Numbered from the stretch's first letter, positions 20,401 through 34,798 are shown. The stretch: 64,000 bases of DNA from Macrostomum hystrix (GCA_950097015.1 CATNEN010000003.1:12090001-12154000), one strand, 5' to 3'. The notes: generated from the sequence alone by a model not told the origin. Program-made: numbers and translations.

Positions 20401-23400
20401 TTTAACTCTGCACAATGGGAGGCCCTTGCCTATAAAGTCCCGAAACTAACTTAGCCTCCCACCACCACCCGAGCTACGCAGGACTCTGACAGCCTTTAAC
20501 TGTGACTGGGACTCTGCACGGTGTGCGCTTCTCAAGACTTCGTGACTTCATCTCTTTCGGGCCACGGATCCTTCACCTCACCGAAGGCAGAAGTCATGAC
20601 GCCCTGGTGGCAGCGCTACTACCTACACTACCTAGTACTCTTGGACTTCATATTGGAGTCCGCCGGATCCCGCATTGTTAGCAGGACGACCGGTACAACA
20701 TAACAAATAACAAACACAAACAAACAAACCGTAAAACCCGAGTTGTTGGTTACCAATTCAAAATCCGATTCGGGTGATTTTCTGATTTCAAAGTAGGATA
20801 AATTGTACACCCTTAAAATATGCCAAGTTTGTGTATCCTAAATAGGGAATAAAACATAGCAACTAGAAAAATGCTAATTCTGATAATACCAAGCGTCTAT
20901 AACGCCTTGCTAACCAACCTGATTCCACAGTCCAGTTGGATATCCGACCCATGCGCCTTTCTTGACTTTCACATGCGGATCTGTGCCGTTGCCCATACGC
21001 AGCGACTGCTGATAGATCTCTTCAACCTGCTGTTCAACCTGTTGCGACAAAGGACACCTGTGCCAGTAATCGATTAGCTGCTGACCAATGGCGGCACTCT
21101 GCGATTTCTGCACGTCGGTATCGATGATGCTGTCCCGTTTGGTCACTGGGTGGGGGAAATAGTTATTATTTTTGTTCAAACTTATACAATGCTTAACTCA
21201 AGATAACAGAGCATGCTTAAGACAGTAAAATTAGTAATACTTTTACTCAAGAAGTATCTTGTGTATTTACTAATCAATTTAAAAACTTGTTTATCCGTTT
21301 TAAAATTTGAAAAAATGATAAACTTGTGCAACACAATTAAACAATAACAGATTAAAGTACTTTCACGAAGACGTGTCTATAATCCTTCACCAATTAAAAA
21401 AGGCGTTGATAGCGGTAAGTTATTTGCTTTTTTAAACAGTGAAATCTCCTAAAGTCAATGCAACTTCGTCGAGTTAGAAAACAACACGTAGTAAACGTTT
21501 TTTCGTTACCGCGACTACGATGCTGAGGAATGGTCTGAAAATTCTGCCTTATCATTGGTCGCTTGTTGCCTGCTGCAATATTATTGATTTTAAAATCTAA
21601 TTAAAAAAAATTTAAATTATAAAATCGACATGGAATGTAAGTGTAGTATATTTTATAACAACTATTATTAATAGAAAACACGACGAAACAACAAATTAGA
21701 TCAGAGGTAGGCATCGGAAATGAGACACGAGAAAGATAAGACAGGCGAGATATGATACAGGGTAGAGATGAGACACGGGAGAGATGAGACACGGGAGAGA
21801 TGAGACACGGGAGAGATGAGACACGGGAGAGATGAGGCACGGGAGAGATGAGACATGGGAGAGATAAAACACGGTATAAGAGATGAGACACGGGAGAGAT
21901 GAGACACGGGAGAGATGAGACACGGGAGAGATGAGACAGGGGAGAGATGAGACAGGGGAGAGATGAGACACGGGAGAGATGAGACACGGGAGAGATGAGA
22001 CACGGGAGAGATGAGACACGGGTGAGATGAAACACTGGAGAGATGAGACACGGGAGAGATGAGACACGGGAGAGATGAGACACGGGAGAGATGAGGCACG
22101 GGAGAGATGAGACATGGGAGAGATAAAACACGGTATAAGAGATGAGACACGGGAGAGATGAGACACTGGAGAGATGATACGGGGTAGTAATGAGACACGG
22201 GAGAGATGAGACAGGGTAGAGATGAGACGTGGAGATAAAATGGGAGAGATAAGGCAGGGGAGAGATCAGACACGGCGATGATACAGATGATAGGGTAAAT
22301 TCGTTTAGAATGCTTATAGACAACTCGAGGCAAACCCTTTGTCTAAAGGCATACAAGACATACTGGGAAATAAAAGAGAAATGTAGAAGTACAATTGTAA
22401 CACGAGTAGCAATAAAAAATGAAATAAAAACGGTAATAAAATGACTCAAAGGCTAATGCACAGAGAATAGCGTTGGCTTCTCAGGCGGGGAATTGCAAGC
22501 CTGAGCAACGGTGGAAATAGGATTGAAAAATTTCTAGCAGAATAAAAAGGGAGCAGGAAATAATTGGATTCAAAGGAACAATATCTATGCAGCGAGTCTA
22601 TAGTATTTTTTCCAACACACAAATGAGACTGAGTAGGACTATAATATAAGGCATACGTGCCGTGGGGACTTTTCAGAGGATAAGAATCTATTGAATCTAA
22701 AGGAAGAAATCCTACGATTTGCCTCACTCTAAATTCACTGATAAATCTCACACTATCAATCTTTCTCACACTATCCATATCTTTCTCACACTATTCATAT
22801 CTTTCTCACACTATCCATATCTTTCACACACTATCAATCTCTTTCTCACACTATCAATCTCTTTCTCACACTACCTATCTCTTTCTCACACTATCCATAT
22901 CTTTCTCACACTATCAATCTCTTTCTCACACTATCAATCTCTTTCTCACACTACCTATCTCTTTCTCACACTATCAATCTCTTTCTCACACAATCAATCT
23001 CGTTCTCGCACTATCAATCTTTATCACACTATCAATCTCTTTCTCACACTATCAATCTCTTTATCACACTATCAATCTCTTTCTCACACAATCAATCTCT
23101 TTCTCACACTATCAATCTCTTTCTCACATTATCCATATATTTATCACACTATCCATATCTTTCTCACACTATCAATCTGTTTCTCACACTATAAATCTCT
23201 TTCTCACACTATCAATCTCTTTCTCACATTATCCATATATTTATCACACTATCCATATCTTTCTCACACAATTAATCTCTTTCTCACACTATCAATCTCT
23301 TTCTCACACAATCAATCTCGTTCTCGCACTATCAATCTTTATCACACTATCAATCTCTTTCTCACACTATCAATCTCTTTATCACACTATCAATCTCTTT

Positions 23401-26400
23401 CTCACACAATCAATCTCTTTCTCACACTATCAATCTCTTTCTCACATTATCCATATATTTATCACACTATCCATATCTTTCTTACACTATCAATCTGTTT
23501 CTCACACTATCAATCTCTTTCTCACACTATCAATCTCTTTATCACACTATCAATCTCTTTCTCACACTATCAATCTCTTTCTCACACTATCAATCTCTTT
23601 CTCATGCTCTCCCTCTCTCCCTACGCTCTTTTTATACAACCTAAAAATTTTATCATCTTTACTTTTTCATTCTCAAACTAACTATTATAACAGGCATTAT
23701 CAGACACCATTTGTCTAACTAATGCACATCTAACATCATGACGGAAGAATATTTTTGAGATAGCTATTTTTAAAAGCCGTCTAGGCAGTAACCAAGTCAC
23801 GCCAAACAATTCTCGCCCACAAGCTAAAGACTAAAGTCAACTAAATCGATATTCTAGAATGTAGGCGAGACCAGAGCATTGATGAGAAGACGGTTTGGAA
23901 GGAAAACGAGCGTGTGCGACAATTTTGACATGAAGACTTGCTTAAAAGCCGCTAACAGCTTCCACAGCAGAAAGCCTGCCTGTTAACTGGCTGCAAACAA
24001 AAACCCACAATCCACCGCTGCTTGTACTTTGTACACAGCCTGCTAACATAGAACTGTACTAGGCGTGGCGTTGAACACAAATTTACTTACAAAATTACCT
24101 ATGGGGGCGAGTTGACTAACTTTAATTACCATATACTTCAAGTTGAACTAATGACAGCGTGTTGGGAAAACTAAAAGTACATATCAACATTAGTTTTTTA
24201 GTCGGTTAACAACAGACTTTTTAGTTAACTGACTTTGTAGCGAAAAGAAGAAAGAAATGTTGCGAATGCCTGATTAAGGAGAGGTGAAGAGGAGATTGCG
24301 GAGAGGAGAAAGTGGATATTTTGGAGAGGAGAGAAAGGGGAGATTGTGGAGGAGAGAAAATGGGGAGATTCTGGATAAGAGAAAATGGGGAGATGTGGAG
24401 AAGATATAAAGGGGAGATTGTGGAGAAGAGAGAATGGGGAGATTTAGGAGGGGAGAGAAAGGGGAGATTGTGGAGGAGAGATAAAGGGGAGATTTTGGAG
24501 GAGAGAGAAAGGGGAGATTGTAGAGAAGAGAGAAAGGGGAGATTGTAGAGAAGAGAGAAAGGGGAGATTGTAGAGAAGAGAGAAAGGGGAGATTGAGGAG
24601 GAGAGAGAAAGGGGAGATTGTGGAGGAGAGAGAAAGGGGAGATTGAGGAGGAGAGAGAAAGGGAAGATTGTGGAGAAGAGATAAAGGGGAGATTGTGGAG
24701 AAGAGATAAAGGAGAGATTGTGGAGAAGAGATAAAGGGGAGATTTTGGAGGAGAGAGAAAGGGGAGATTGTAAAGAAGAGATAAAGGGGAGATTGTGAAG
24801 AAGAGAGAAAGGGGAGATTGTAGAGAAGAGAGAAAGGGGAGATTGTAAAGAAGAGAGAAAGGGGAGATTGTAGAGAAGAGAGAAAGGGGAGATTGTTGAC
24901 AGGAGATAAAGGCAGGATCTTGGAATAGGAGAAATATTTGGTATCTAAAAGTTAGAAATTAAAACGCGCGAAAAATTTAACACTAAAAACAGAAACAAAC
25001 AAGAAAAGCAAATCTAAACGAAGTGAGCACACAAACTAATTAGAAACGAAAACAAGGTCAATGAGGCGTGACTCACAATCGTCGAAGTCGCCAGCGCTAC
25101 CGCCGCCGTGAACCGGTCCTCCAGCATTGACGCTAGCGACCCCGCCAGAGCCATTAGTGACGGGCACTTCGCCGTGCACAATGTCCATGAAAAAGTCTGG
25201 CGGACTGTTGTGCGCTTCGCAAACGTAGCCTAGAATAAACAAATTATAAATTAATAATAGAATAGGAAGAACTCTACCCGATATGTATAGAAAATCTGAT
25301 TTAGCGACTAACCAATATTGGCGAAATATCTAAGCGGCGCATTGCCAGCAGGACCGTGATAAATAATGCGACCGGACACCACCAGGGTGAGGTTGTCAAA
25401 CAATCGATAGATCGAATACTTGGGCTGGTGAATTGAAAACACTATTGTCCGACCGGCGTTGGCCAGATTGCGCAGAGTTCTCAACACGGAGCCGGCGGTG
25501 AATGCGTCCAAGCCCGTGGTTGGCTCGTCTAGGAACAGCACCGTGGGGTCGGTGATCAGCTCCATGCCGATGTTCGTTCGCTTTCGCTCGCCGCCGGACA
25601 CTCCGCGAATCAATTCGGTGCCAATTTTCGAGTCGGCTACCTGTACGACACGCAGATTTTATTTTTCCATAAAAAATAAGAGCGAAATTTGCTGCACCGG
25701 TACTTGCGTACTGCTTACTAGAGTAAGTGCGTACTTTTTAGCGTACTTTTTTAGTACATGCGTACTATGGCACATGTACTTTTGGAGTACGAGTGTAATA
25801 TAGTAATTGTGCCTGTACTAAAGTACGCCAGTGCTATGGTACGTTTTTTCTTTACGTACCCGTATACTTTTTTCCACTACGCTTTTACGTTGATAAGTGT
25901 ACTTTTTAACTATTTACGCGCGTACTTTTAAACATGTGCGCAATTTCTAAATAGGGATGCACTCAGAAAGTGCGCACATATTAAGTACGCATGAACTGTA
26001 TGTAGTAAATGAAGTACACGCGCAATATGTGAACTTTTAAAGTACGAGCGCACTTTCTAGTTCGTGTGCACTTTTTAGTACGCGCGCACCACAGTACACG
26101 GGCACTTTGCATGTACTTGTAAGATATTTTAAATCAAATTTTTCAAGAAACAATAAAAATACTCGAACAAAATATAAACGAACCTTAGTCAAGCCCAGTT
26201 CTTCGATGACGCTTTCAACTTTGCGTTTTCTTTCGTCGTCATTCACGTGACCCGGCAGTCGCAGGGCGGCTGAGAAGCGCAGATTTTCTCGAACAGTCAG
26301 AGTACCCATTACAATGTCGTCCTGAACGACGTAGCCGGAGACGCACTTGAAATTTTCTGGCTGCTCGGCGCCGTCGACTAGCACTTCGCCGCGCAGATAC

Positions 26401-29400
26401 TGCGGATCCTTTCGGCCAGCCAGGACATCGAGGAGGGAGCTCTTACCGCTGCCAGTTGGGCCCATGATGGCATTCAGGCCCGGGCGCATAATCCCACTGC
26501 GAATGGGATCGGGGAATAATGGTTGCACACCTTTTGCTATCGTACTTATGTATCCTCTAATAAATATAACTCAGGGCTGCGTACAGCTGCCAATACATGA
26601 CATTCAACATGAGGGGATAATCAATCGGAGGGAATAATCAACTAGAGGAGATAATCAATCTGAGGGGATAATCAATCTGAGGGGATAATCAATCTGAAGG
26701 GATAATCAATCTGAAGGGATAATCAATCTAAGGGGATAATCAACCTGAGGAGATAATCAATCTGAGGGGATAATCAATCTGAGGGGATAATCAATCTGAA
26801 AGGATAATCAACCTGAGGGGATAATCAATCTGAGGGGATAATCAATCTGAAAGGATAATCAACCTGAGGGGATAATCAATCTGAGGGGATAATCAATCTG
26901 AAAGGATAATCAACCTGAGGGGATAATCAATCTGAGGGGATAATCAATCTCAGGGGATAATCAATCTGAAGGGATAATCAATCTGAGGGGATAATCAATC
27001 TGAGGGGATAATCAATCTGAGGGGATAATCAATCTGAGGGGATAATCAATCTGAGGGGATAATCAATCTGAAGGGATAATCAATCTGAGGGGATAATCAA
27101 TCTGAGGGGATAATCAATCTGAGGGGATAATAAACATGAGGGGATAATCAATCTGAGGGGATAATCAATCTGAAAGGATAATCAACCTGAGGGGATAATC
27201 AATCTGAGGGGATAATCAATCTCAGGGGATAATCAATCTGAAGGGATAATCAATCTGAGGGGATAATCAATCTGAGGGGATAATCAATCTGAGGGGATAA
27301 TCAATCTGAGGGGATAATCAATCTGAGGGGATAATCAATCTGAAGGGATAATCAATCTGAGGGGATAATCAATCTGAGGGGATAATCAATCTGAGGGGAT
27401 AATAAACATGAGGGGATAATCAATCTGAGGGGATAATCAATCTGAAAGGATAATCAACCTGAGGAGATAATCAATCTGAGGGGATAATCAATCTGAGAGG
27501 ATAATAAACATGAGGGGATAATCAATCTGAGGGGATAATCAACCTGAGGGGATAATAAACCTGAGGGGATAATCAATCTGAGGGGATAATCAATCTGAAA
27601 GGATAAACAAACTGAGGGGATAATAAACCTAAGGGGATAATCAATCTGAAGAGATAATCAATCTGAGGGGATAATCAATCTGAAAGGATAATCAACCTGA
27701 GGAGATAATCAATCTGAGGGGATAATCAATCTGAGCGGATAATCAATCTGAAAGGATAATCAACCTGAGGGGATAATTAATCTGAAGGGATAATCAATCT
27801 GAAGGGATAATCAACCTTAGGGGATAATCAATCTGAAGGGATAATCAACCTCAGGGGATAATCAACCTGAGGGGATAATCAATCTGAAAAGATAATCAAC
27901 CTGAGGAGATAATCCATCTGAGGGGATAATCAACCTGAGGGGATAATCAACCTGAGGGGATAATCAACCTGAGGGGATAATCAACCTGAGGGGATAATCA
28001 ACCTGAGGGATAATCAATCTGAAGGGATAATCAACCTGAAGGGATAATCAATCTGAGGGGATAATCAACCTGAGGGGATAATCAATCTGAAAGGATAATC
28101 AACCTGAGGAGATAATCCATCTGAGGGGATAATCAACCTGAGGGGATAATCAACCTGAGGGGATAATCAACCTGAGGGGATAATCAATCTGAAGGGATAA
28201 TCAACCTGAAGGGATAATCAATCTGAGGGGATAATCAACCTGAGGGGATAATCAATCTGAAGGGATAATCAATCTGAAGGGATAATCAACCTGAGGGATA
28301 ATCAATCTGAAGGGATAATCAACCTGAAGGGATAATCAATCTGAGGGGATAATCAACCTGAGGGGATAATCAATCTGAAAGGATAATCAACCTGAGGAGA
28401 TAATCCATCTGAGGGGATAATCAACCTGAGGGTATAATCAATTTGAAGGGATAATCAACCTGAGGGGATAATCAACCTGAGGGGATAATCAACCTGAGGG
28501 GATAATCAACCTGAGGGGATAATCAACCTGAGGGGATAATCAATCTGAAGGGATAATCAACCTGAAGGGATAATCAATCTGAGGGGATAATCAACCTGAG
28601 GGGATAATCAATCTGAAAGGATAATCAACCTGAGGAGATAATCAATCTGAGGGGATAATCAATCTGAGGGGATAATCAATCTGAAAGGATAATCAACCTG
28701 AGGGGATAATTAATCTGAAGGGATAATCAATCTGAAGGGATAATCAACCTTAGGGGATAATCAATTTGAAGGGATAATCAACCTTAGGGGATAATCAACC
28801 TGAGGGGATAATCAATCTGAGGGGATAATCAATCTGAAAGGATAATCAACCTGAGGGGATAATTAATCTGAAGGGATAATCAATCTGAAGGGATAATCAA
28901 CCTTAGGGGATAATCAATTTGAAGGGATAATCAACCTTAGGGGATAATCAACCTGAGGGGATAATCAATTTGAAGGGATAATCAACCTGAGGGGATAATC
29001 AACCTGAGGGGATAATCAACCTGAGGGGATAATCAACCTGAGGGGATAATCAATCTGAGGGGATAATCAACCTGAGGGGATAATCAACCTGAGGGGATAA
29101 TCAACCTGAGGGGATAATCAACCTGAGGGGATAATCAACCTGAGGGGATAATCAATCTGAGGGGATAATCAACCTGAGGGGATAATCAACCTGAGGGGAT
29201 AATCAACCTGAGGGGATAATCAACCTGAGGGGATAATCAACCTGAGGGGATAATTAATCTGAAGCGATAATCAATCTGAAGGGATAATCAACCTGAGGAG
29301 ATAATCAATATGAGGGGATAATCAACCTGAGGGGATAATCAACCTGAGGGGATAATCAACCTGAGGGGATAATCAATCTGAGGGGATAATCAACCTGAGG

Positions 29401-32400
29401 GGATAATCAACCTGAGGGGATAATCAACCTGAGGGGATAATCAACCTGAGGGGATAATCAACCTGAGGGGATAATCAACCTGAGGGGATAATTAATCTGA
29501 AGGGATAATCAATCTGAAGGGATAATCAACCTGAGGAGATAATCAATATGAGGGGATAATCAATCTGAAAGGATAATCAATCTGAGGAGATAATCAATCT
29601 GAGGGGATAATCAATCTGAGGGGATAATTAATCTGAAGGGATAATCAATCTGAAGGGATAATCAACCTGAGGAGATAATCAATCTGAGGGGATAATCAAT
29701 CTGAAAGGATAATCAATCTGAGGGGATAATCAATCTGAGGGGATAATCAATCTGAAAGGATAATCAACCTGAGGGGATAATCAACCTGAGGGGATAATCA
29801 ACCTGAGGGGATAATCAATCTGAAGGGATAATCAACCTGAAGGGATAATCAATCTGAGGGGATAATCAACCTGAGGGGATAATCAATCTGAAAGGATAAT
29901 CAACCTGAGGAGATAATCAATCTGAGGGGATAATCAATCTGAGGGGTTAATCAATCTGAAAGGATAATCAACCTGAGGGGATAATTAATCTGAAGGGATA
30001 ATCAATCTGAAGGGATAATCAACCTTAGGGGATAATCAATTTGAAGGGATAATCAACCTTAGGGGATAATCAACCTGAGGGGATAATCAATCTGAGGGGA
30101 TAATCAATCTGAAAGGATAATCAACCTGAGGGGATAATTAATCTGAAGGGATAATCAATCTGAAGGGATAATCAACCTTAGGGGATAATCAATTTGAAGG
30201 GATAATCAACCTGAGGGGATAATCAATCTGAAGGGATAATCAACCTGAAGGGATAATCAATCTGAGGGGATAATCAACCTGAGGGGATAATCAATCTGAA
30301 AGGATAATCAACCTGAGGAGATAATCAATCTGAGGGGATAATCAATCTGAGGGGATAATCAATCTGAAAGGATAATCAACCTGAGGGGATAATTAATCTG
30401 AAGGGATAATCAATCTGAAGGGATAATCAACCTTAGGGGATAATCAATTTGAAGGGATAATCAACCTTAGGGGATAATCAACCTGAGGGGATAATCAATC
30501 TGAGGGGATAATCAATCTGAAAGGATAATCAACCTGAGGGGATAATTAATCTGAAGGGATAATCAATCTGAAGGGATAATCAACCTTAGGGGATAATCAA
30601 TTTGAAGGGATAATCAACCTTAGGGGATAATCAACCTGAGGGGATAATCAATTTGAAGGGATAATCAACCTGAGGGGATAATCAACCTGAGGGGATAATC
30701 AACCTGAGGGGATAATCAACCTGAGGGGATAATCAATCTGAGGGGATAATCAACCTGAGGGGATAATCAACCTGAGGGGATAATCAACCTGAGGGGATAA
30801 TCAACCTGAGGGGATAATTAATCTGAAGCGATAATCAATCTGAAGGGATAATCAACCTGAGGAGATAATCAATATGAGGGGATAATCAACCTAAGGGGAT
30901 AATCAACCTGAGGGGATAATCAACCTGAGGGGATAATCAATCTGAGGGGATAATCAACCTGAGGGGATAATCAACCTGAGGGGATAATCAACCTGAGGGG
31001 ATAATCAACCTGAGGGGATAATCAACCTGAGGGGATAATCAACCTGAGGGGATAATTAATCTGAAGGGATAATCAATCTGAAGGGATAATCAACCTGAGG
31101 AGATAATCAATATGAGGGGATAATCAATCTGAAAGGATAATCAATCTGAGGAGATAATCAATCTGAGGGGATAATCAATCTGAGGGGATAATTAATCTGA
31201 AGGGATAATCAATCTGAAGGGATAATCAACCTGAGGAGATAATCAATCTGAGGGGATAATCAATCTGAAAGGATAATCAATCTGAGGGGATAATCAATCT
31301 GAGGGGATAATCAATCTGAAAGGATAATCAACCTGAGGGGATAATTAATCTGAAGGGATAATCAATCTGAAGGGATAATCTACCTTAGGGGATAATCAAC
31401 CTTAGGGGATAATCAATCTGAAGGGATAATCAACCTTAGGGGATAATCAACCTGAGGGGATAATCAATCTGAAAGGATAATCAACCTGAGGGGATAATCA
31501 ATTTGAAGGGATAATCAACCTGAGGGGATAATCAACCTGAGGGGATAATCAACCTGAGGGGATAATCAACCTGAGGGGATAATCAATCTGAGGGGATAAT
31601 CAACCTGAGGGGATAATCAACCTGAGGGGATAATCAACCTGAGGGGATAATCAACCTGAGGGGATAATCAACCTGAGGGGATAATTAATCTGAGGGGATA
31701 ATCAATCTGAAAGGATAATCAATCTGAGGGGATAATCAATCTGAGGGGATAATCAATCTGAAGGGATAATCAACCTGAGGGGATAATCAATCTGAGGGGA
31801 TAATCAATCTGAAAGGATAATCAATCTGAAGGGATAATCAATCTGAAGGGATAATCAATGTGAAAGGATAATCAATCTGAAGGGATAATCAATCTGAAGA
31901 GATAATCAACCTGAGGGGATAATCAACCTGAGGGGATAATCGATCTGAAGGGATAATATTCACTCCTATGGGATAACATTCCATTTTATGGCAAACCATT
32001 CAATCCTATTGGATAGCACATGATTTTGAGGGATGACAGTCAATCTATTCATATTAAATGAAAAAAATGAGACAAAATTAAAATAAAAAAGGCATGAAAC
32101 CCCATGAACTGAATTTCTAAACTACCTAGAGGTAATTCAAAGGTGCTTGCGAACTCTAAAGCAAACTTTCCTGAAAATGTGCCCGATTTAATTTGCTAAA
32201 TTAATTAATTATTGATTCAGACTCAGAAAATGCGCTGTTTGCATAGCAACACTTTTAGTAGATAAAAATGAAATACCTGAAAATTATGCACATCGTTTTT
32301 CGTATAATTTCACATGCACATATAACTCTGTGCACTCAATTCAATATATTAATTAGTTAGTCAAATAGGGAGCAGTGTTAACATTATACTGATAAATAAG

Positions 32401-34076
32401 CTAGGGAAATATTTTGTTACCAAAAAAAAGTTTCTCACCTGACGCCCTGCAGTACAACTCGCTTCTCTGCTTTACTCCACGGATATCGTTTAACCATGAC
32501 GTCATAGTTGATGTTGCGAAATGTGATAACTGAACCGGAGCGGCCGCTGGTTGATGTGGTGCGCGGCACCCGGACCGTGTCGATTCCATCGTCGCCAAAT
32601 GATGCTGAAGCGCCGTTGTTATAGCCGGCATAATCTATTGCAGCGGAAGCTGCGACCGATTCCTGACCTCCCATCGGATCGTAGCGAGGCCGATTGGCGC
32701 GACGGGAAATCACCTTTGTAAATGTAATGTGTGTTTCTTTTGCAATAGCTTTTGCTTGATTAAAAAGACTGATTAAAGACTAAATTTTTGTTAAGTGACA
32801 CAGACAGAAAAACAATAGTCAGAAATGCAGAGGGCAGGAGGGGTAAAGCGACAGGGGTGATGCAACAGGGGGAGAGCGACAGGGGGAGAGCGACAGGGGA
32901 AAAGCGACAGGGGGAGAGCGACAGGGGGGAGAGCGACAAGGGAAGAGCGACAGGGGGAGAGCGACAGGGGGAGAGCAACAGGGTGGAGAGCGACGGGGGG
33001 AGAGCGACAGGGGGAGAGCGACAGGGGGAGAGCGACAGGGTGGAGAGCGACAGGGGAAAAGCGACAGGGGGAGAGCGACAGGGTGGAGAGCGACAGGGGG
33101 AGAGCGACAGGGGGAGAGCGACAGGGGAAAAGCGACAGGGGAAAAGCGACAGGGGGAGAGCGACAGGGGAGAGCGACAGGGGGAGAGCGACAGGGGAAAA
33201 GCGACAGGGGAAAAGCGACAGGGGGAGAGCGACAGGGGAGAGCGACAGGGGAGAGCGACAGGGGGAGAGCGACAGGGGAAAAGCGACAGGGGGAGAGCGA
33301 CAGGGGAAAAGCGACAGGGGGAGAGCGACAGGGGAGAGCGACAGGGGGAGAGCGACAGGGGGAGAGCAGAGCAATTAGAGCAGGAACTAAGTGTGTGAAG
33401 GACAGCTACTGACGTCAGGGACAGCAGGGACTGATAATCAGAAATAAAAAGCATGGAGGTTAAGATCAAAGACGTCATTAACCTGAGAAGACTCTCCACC
33501 GGCGCTCAAATCGCCATTAGATACGGCCAGCTCTCGACTGTAGCATCCGTCTGAAGTAGAAGCAACGGAAGCAACGGTAGACAGCTGACTAGTAGGCTGC
33601 CGGCGCTGTTGAGGCATTTGCAGCGTAGCTGGCTGCTGCTGCTGCTGCTGCTGATAAGGCTGATCCTGCCTAAAATGCGACGGCGGCGGCGCATCGAAAG
33701 ACACGCCGCTCTCGCTCCGATTATGAGCCTGCTGTTCAATTGGCAAAGGCGACGTCACAGGCGAGGCATCCAAACCAAACTGAACATCTCGCAGCGAACT
33801 ACCGTCCATCATCAGCAGCGGCTTGCCCATAGCATCCTGGCGTTGCTGCCTCTGCCTACCAGTTGGCAGCTGATCTCGCAGAAACTGGCCAGCCTGTATG
33901 ATGGTAGCGGTAGCGGCAGTTGCGCCAAGATGATGCTGATGACGATGATTTGAATCGTCTAATTCTGCCGCATAATTAGTCTGACCTCCAATGAATCGAT
34001 TACGATTATTATTATTATTATTATTATCGTCGTCAACTACTACAACAATGTCTGATTCGGAAAACTCCGCAGACAT
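17472..34076 (-). CDS. ABCG2: ABCG2/white-family ABC half transporter (~908 aa); exons 34076-33483, 32713-32439, 26496-26184, 25640-25313, 25229-25077, 21145-20919, 20119-19434, 17622-17472
   Basis: Walker A GPTGSGKSS, SGYVVQDD Q-loop, signature VSGGERKRT, Walker B LFLDEPTTGLD, SIHQP, then ABC2 TMD (IQNRQGLFFF, ERVIFIHENSSGFY, NEFLGLDFCP) and C-terminus WDLWSN...YIQLRRIKKYK*. All junctions are GT-AG and phase-consistent (2727 nt). The first exon is less certain than the rest; the symbol indicates family-level similarity. Confidence 0.9.
17740..17995. repeat. Degenerate 17-20 bp minisatellite (ATCTACCTCTCAATCTT)
   Basis: Visible tandem units in the last ABCG intron. Confidence 0.85.
18005..19376 (+). 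mobile_element. Full-length mariner (Tc1/mariner DD34D) DNA transposon, 1372 bp
   Basis: TA at 18003-4 and 19377-8. The 27-bp TIRs have a perfect 24-bp core CGGGTGTCCGGAAAGTCATGAGAA. Intact transposase ORF. Confidence 0.95.
18253..19302 (+). CDS. Mariner transposase (349 aa)
   Basis: HTH region, RTGRP linker, WVPHVL, DETW, DNARPH, PYSPDFNLCD; 34 residues between the second and third Asp. Confidence 0.96.
   Translation: MDEFQAYAYTRYKLGISAPDCHGELLKVHGDVAPGLSLVYRWYTRFRDESYPLAQAARTGRPRSTRTPELIETCRNLVKEDPKVSVRDLADFMEVGKSTVHEILTEDLQLRNVSAVWVPHVLSEENKVARVNCAKQIRRIFHTEGMTSFCNKYVVEDETWVYLKNTGTRQNNRCWLGQGDHRPQVVRHSVGDPKTMLVVAFTPSKRFSIMSTAPKQTVDANRIVEFVRHTGDLWRSLRSQPIHLSEVLWQWDNARPHVAQPVQQYMETRGVQLLFQSPYSPDFNLCDRFFFNWLKSDFSKREFSSHDEVREAALQWARGLDANCLKREVLRLVEHCQAVIDFRGNYITD
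20155..20705 (+). promoter_or_regulatory. Solo-LTR-like, motif-dense promoter island, antisense within an ABCG intron
   Basis: GC-balanced 550-bp island starting TGT and ending ACATAACA. Contains TGAGTCA (20172), CACGTG x3 (20218, 20379, 20392), TGACGTCA (20353) and TATAAA (20431). No clean TSD. Confidence 0.4.
21720..22290. repeat. Minisatellite, 18 bp unit (GAGATGAGACACGGGAGA)
   Basis: Visible tandem array in an ABCG intron. Confidence 0.95.
22745..23605. repeat. Minisatellite, 20-22 bp unit (CTTTCTCACACTATCAATCT)
   Basis: Visible tandem array in an ABCG intron. Confidence 0.95.
24278..24910. repeat. Purine-rich minisatellite, ~25 bp unit (GAGAGAAAGGGGAGATTGTAGAGAA)
   Basis: Visible tandem array in an ABCG intron. 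Confidence 0.95.
26610..31957. repeat. 5.3-kb satellite, 17 bp unit (GAGGGGATAATCAAYCT)
   Basis: More than 300 tandem copies filling the 5942-nt intron 26497-32438. Confidence 0.98.
32846..33368. repeat. G-rich minisatellite, ~14-16 bp unit (GAGAGCGACAGGGGG)
   Basis: Visible tandem array in intron 32714-33482. Confidence 0.95.
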
Positions 34077-34798
34077 TGTTAGTTAATCGGTAAATGAAAA
34101 ATAACTAAATAAATCAATCTGATTTGTTGTTGATGTTTCTAAGAATGGCGACTGGTTCAAATAATATAAATATGTATAGTAGCTACCTCATTCCCATTCT
34201 GTCACGCAGTTGAGATAGACAGAGCTCTCTCTCTGATTGGTTTGGTAAAAAAATTCCTGGTTGCCAATGACAACTACTCATACAGAGGCATAGGTGTTTT
34301 TGGAGACTATGCTCAATTCTATCCTTACCAACTACGGGCGGGGGTGAGATTAGGCTGTACATACAGCTCAGAGGTGCATGAATTTGGGGAAGGGGAAGAA
34401 TGTGCGCTCTTCTCTCCCTTCTTCCCATGTCCCTGCCTATCCGGCAGTGTATGACAGCAGCTTTCATTGAGCTCACGAGTGGAGTGTATTGGATGAGTCT
34501 AAAAGAATGACTCATGGTAGTACTGTAATTCTCTTGTATTATTAACAATGCCCCGATCCGTCTCGTGGATGGGACTTGGCGGTGTGATAAAATTGTATAA
34601 TATAATTAAAAATGGATCTCTACGACATACTACTACAAGTAAATATATAATGATCAATGGAATAGCAACAAAATTACAAAAAGATTCTAAATTGTACAAG
34701 AAACAAAGAAACAAAGAAATTTAACTTTTATGCCGGATAACGATTATTTCAAACCGTTATTTTTTTTTAATGTAACGCTCTACATTTATGATCCGTTA

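Noticed and set aside
21601-24548. ORFs of 282, 210, 320 and 78 aa in the ABCG intron
   Set aside because: Translations of the 18-, 20-22- and 25-bp arrays.
32760-33499. ORFs with CRSPPVALPLSLS / GESDRGRAT repeats
   Set aside because: Translations of an intronic G-rich minisatellite.
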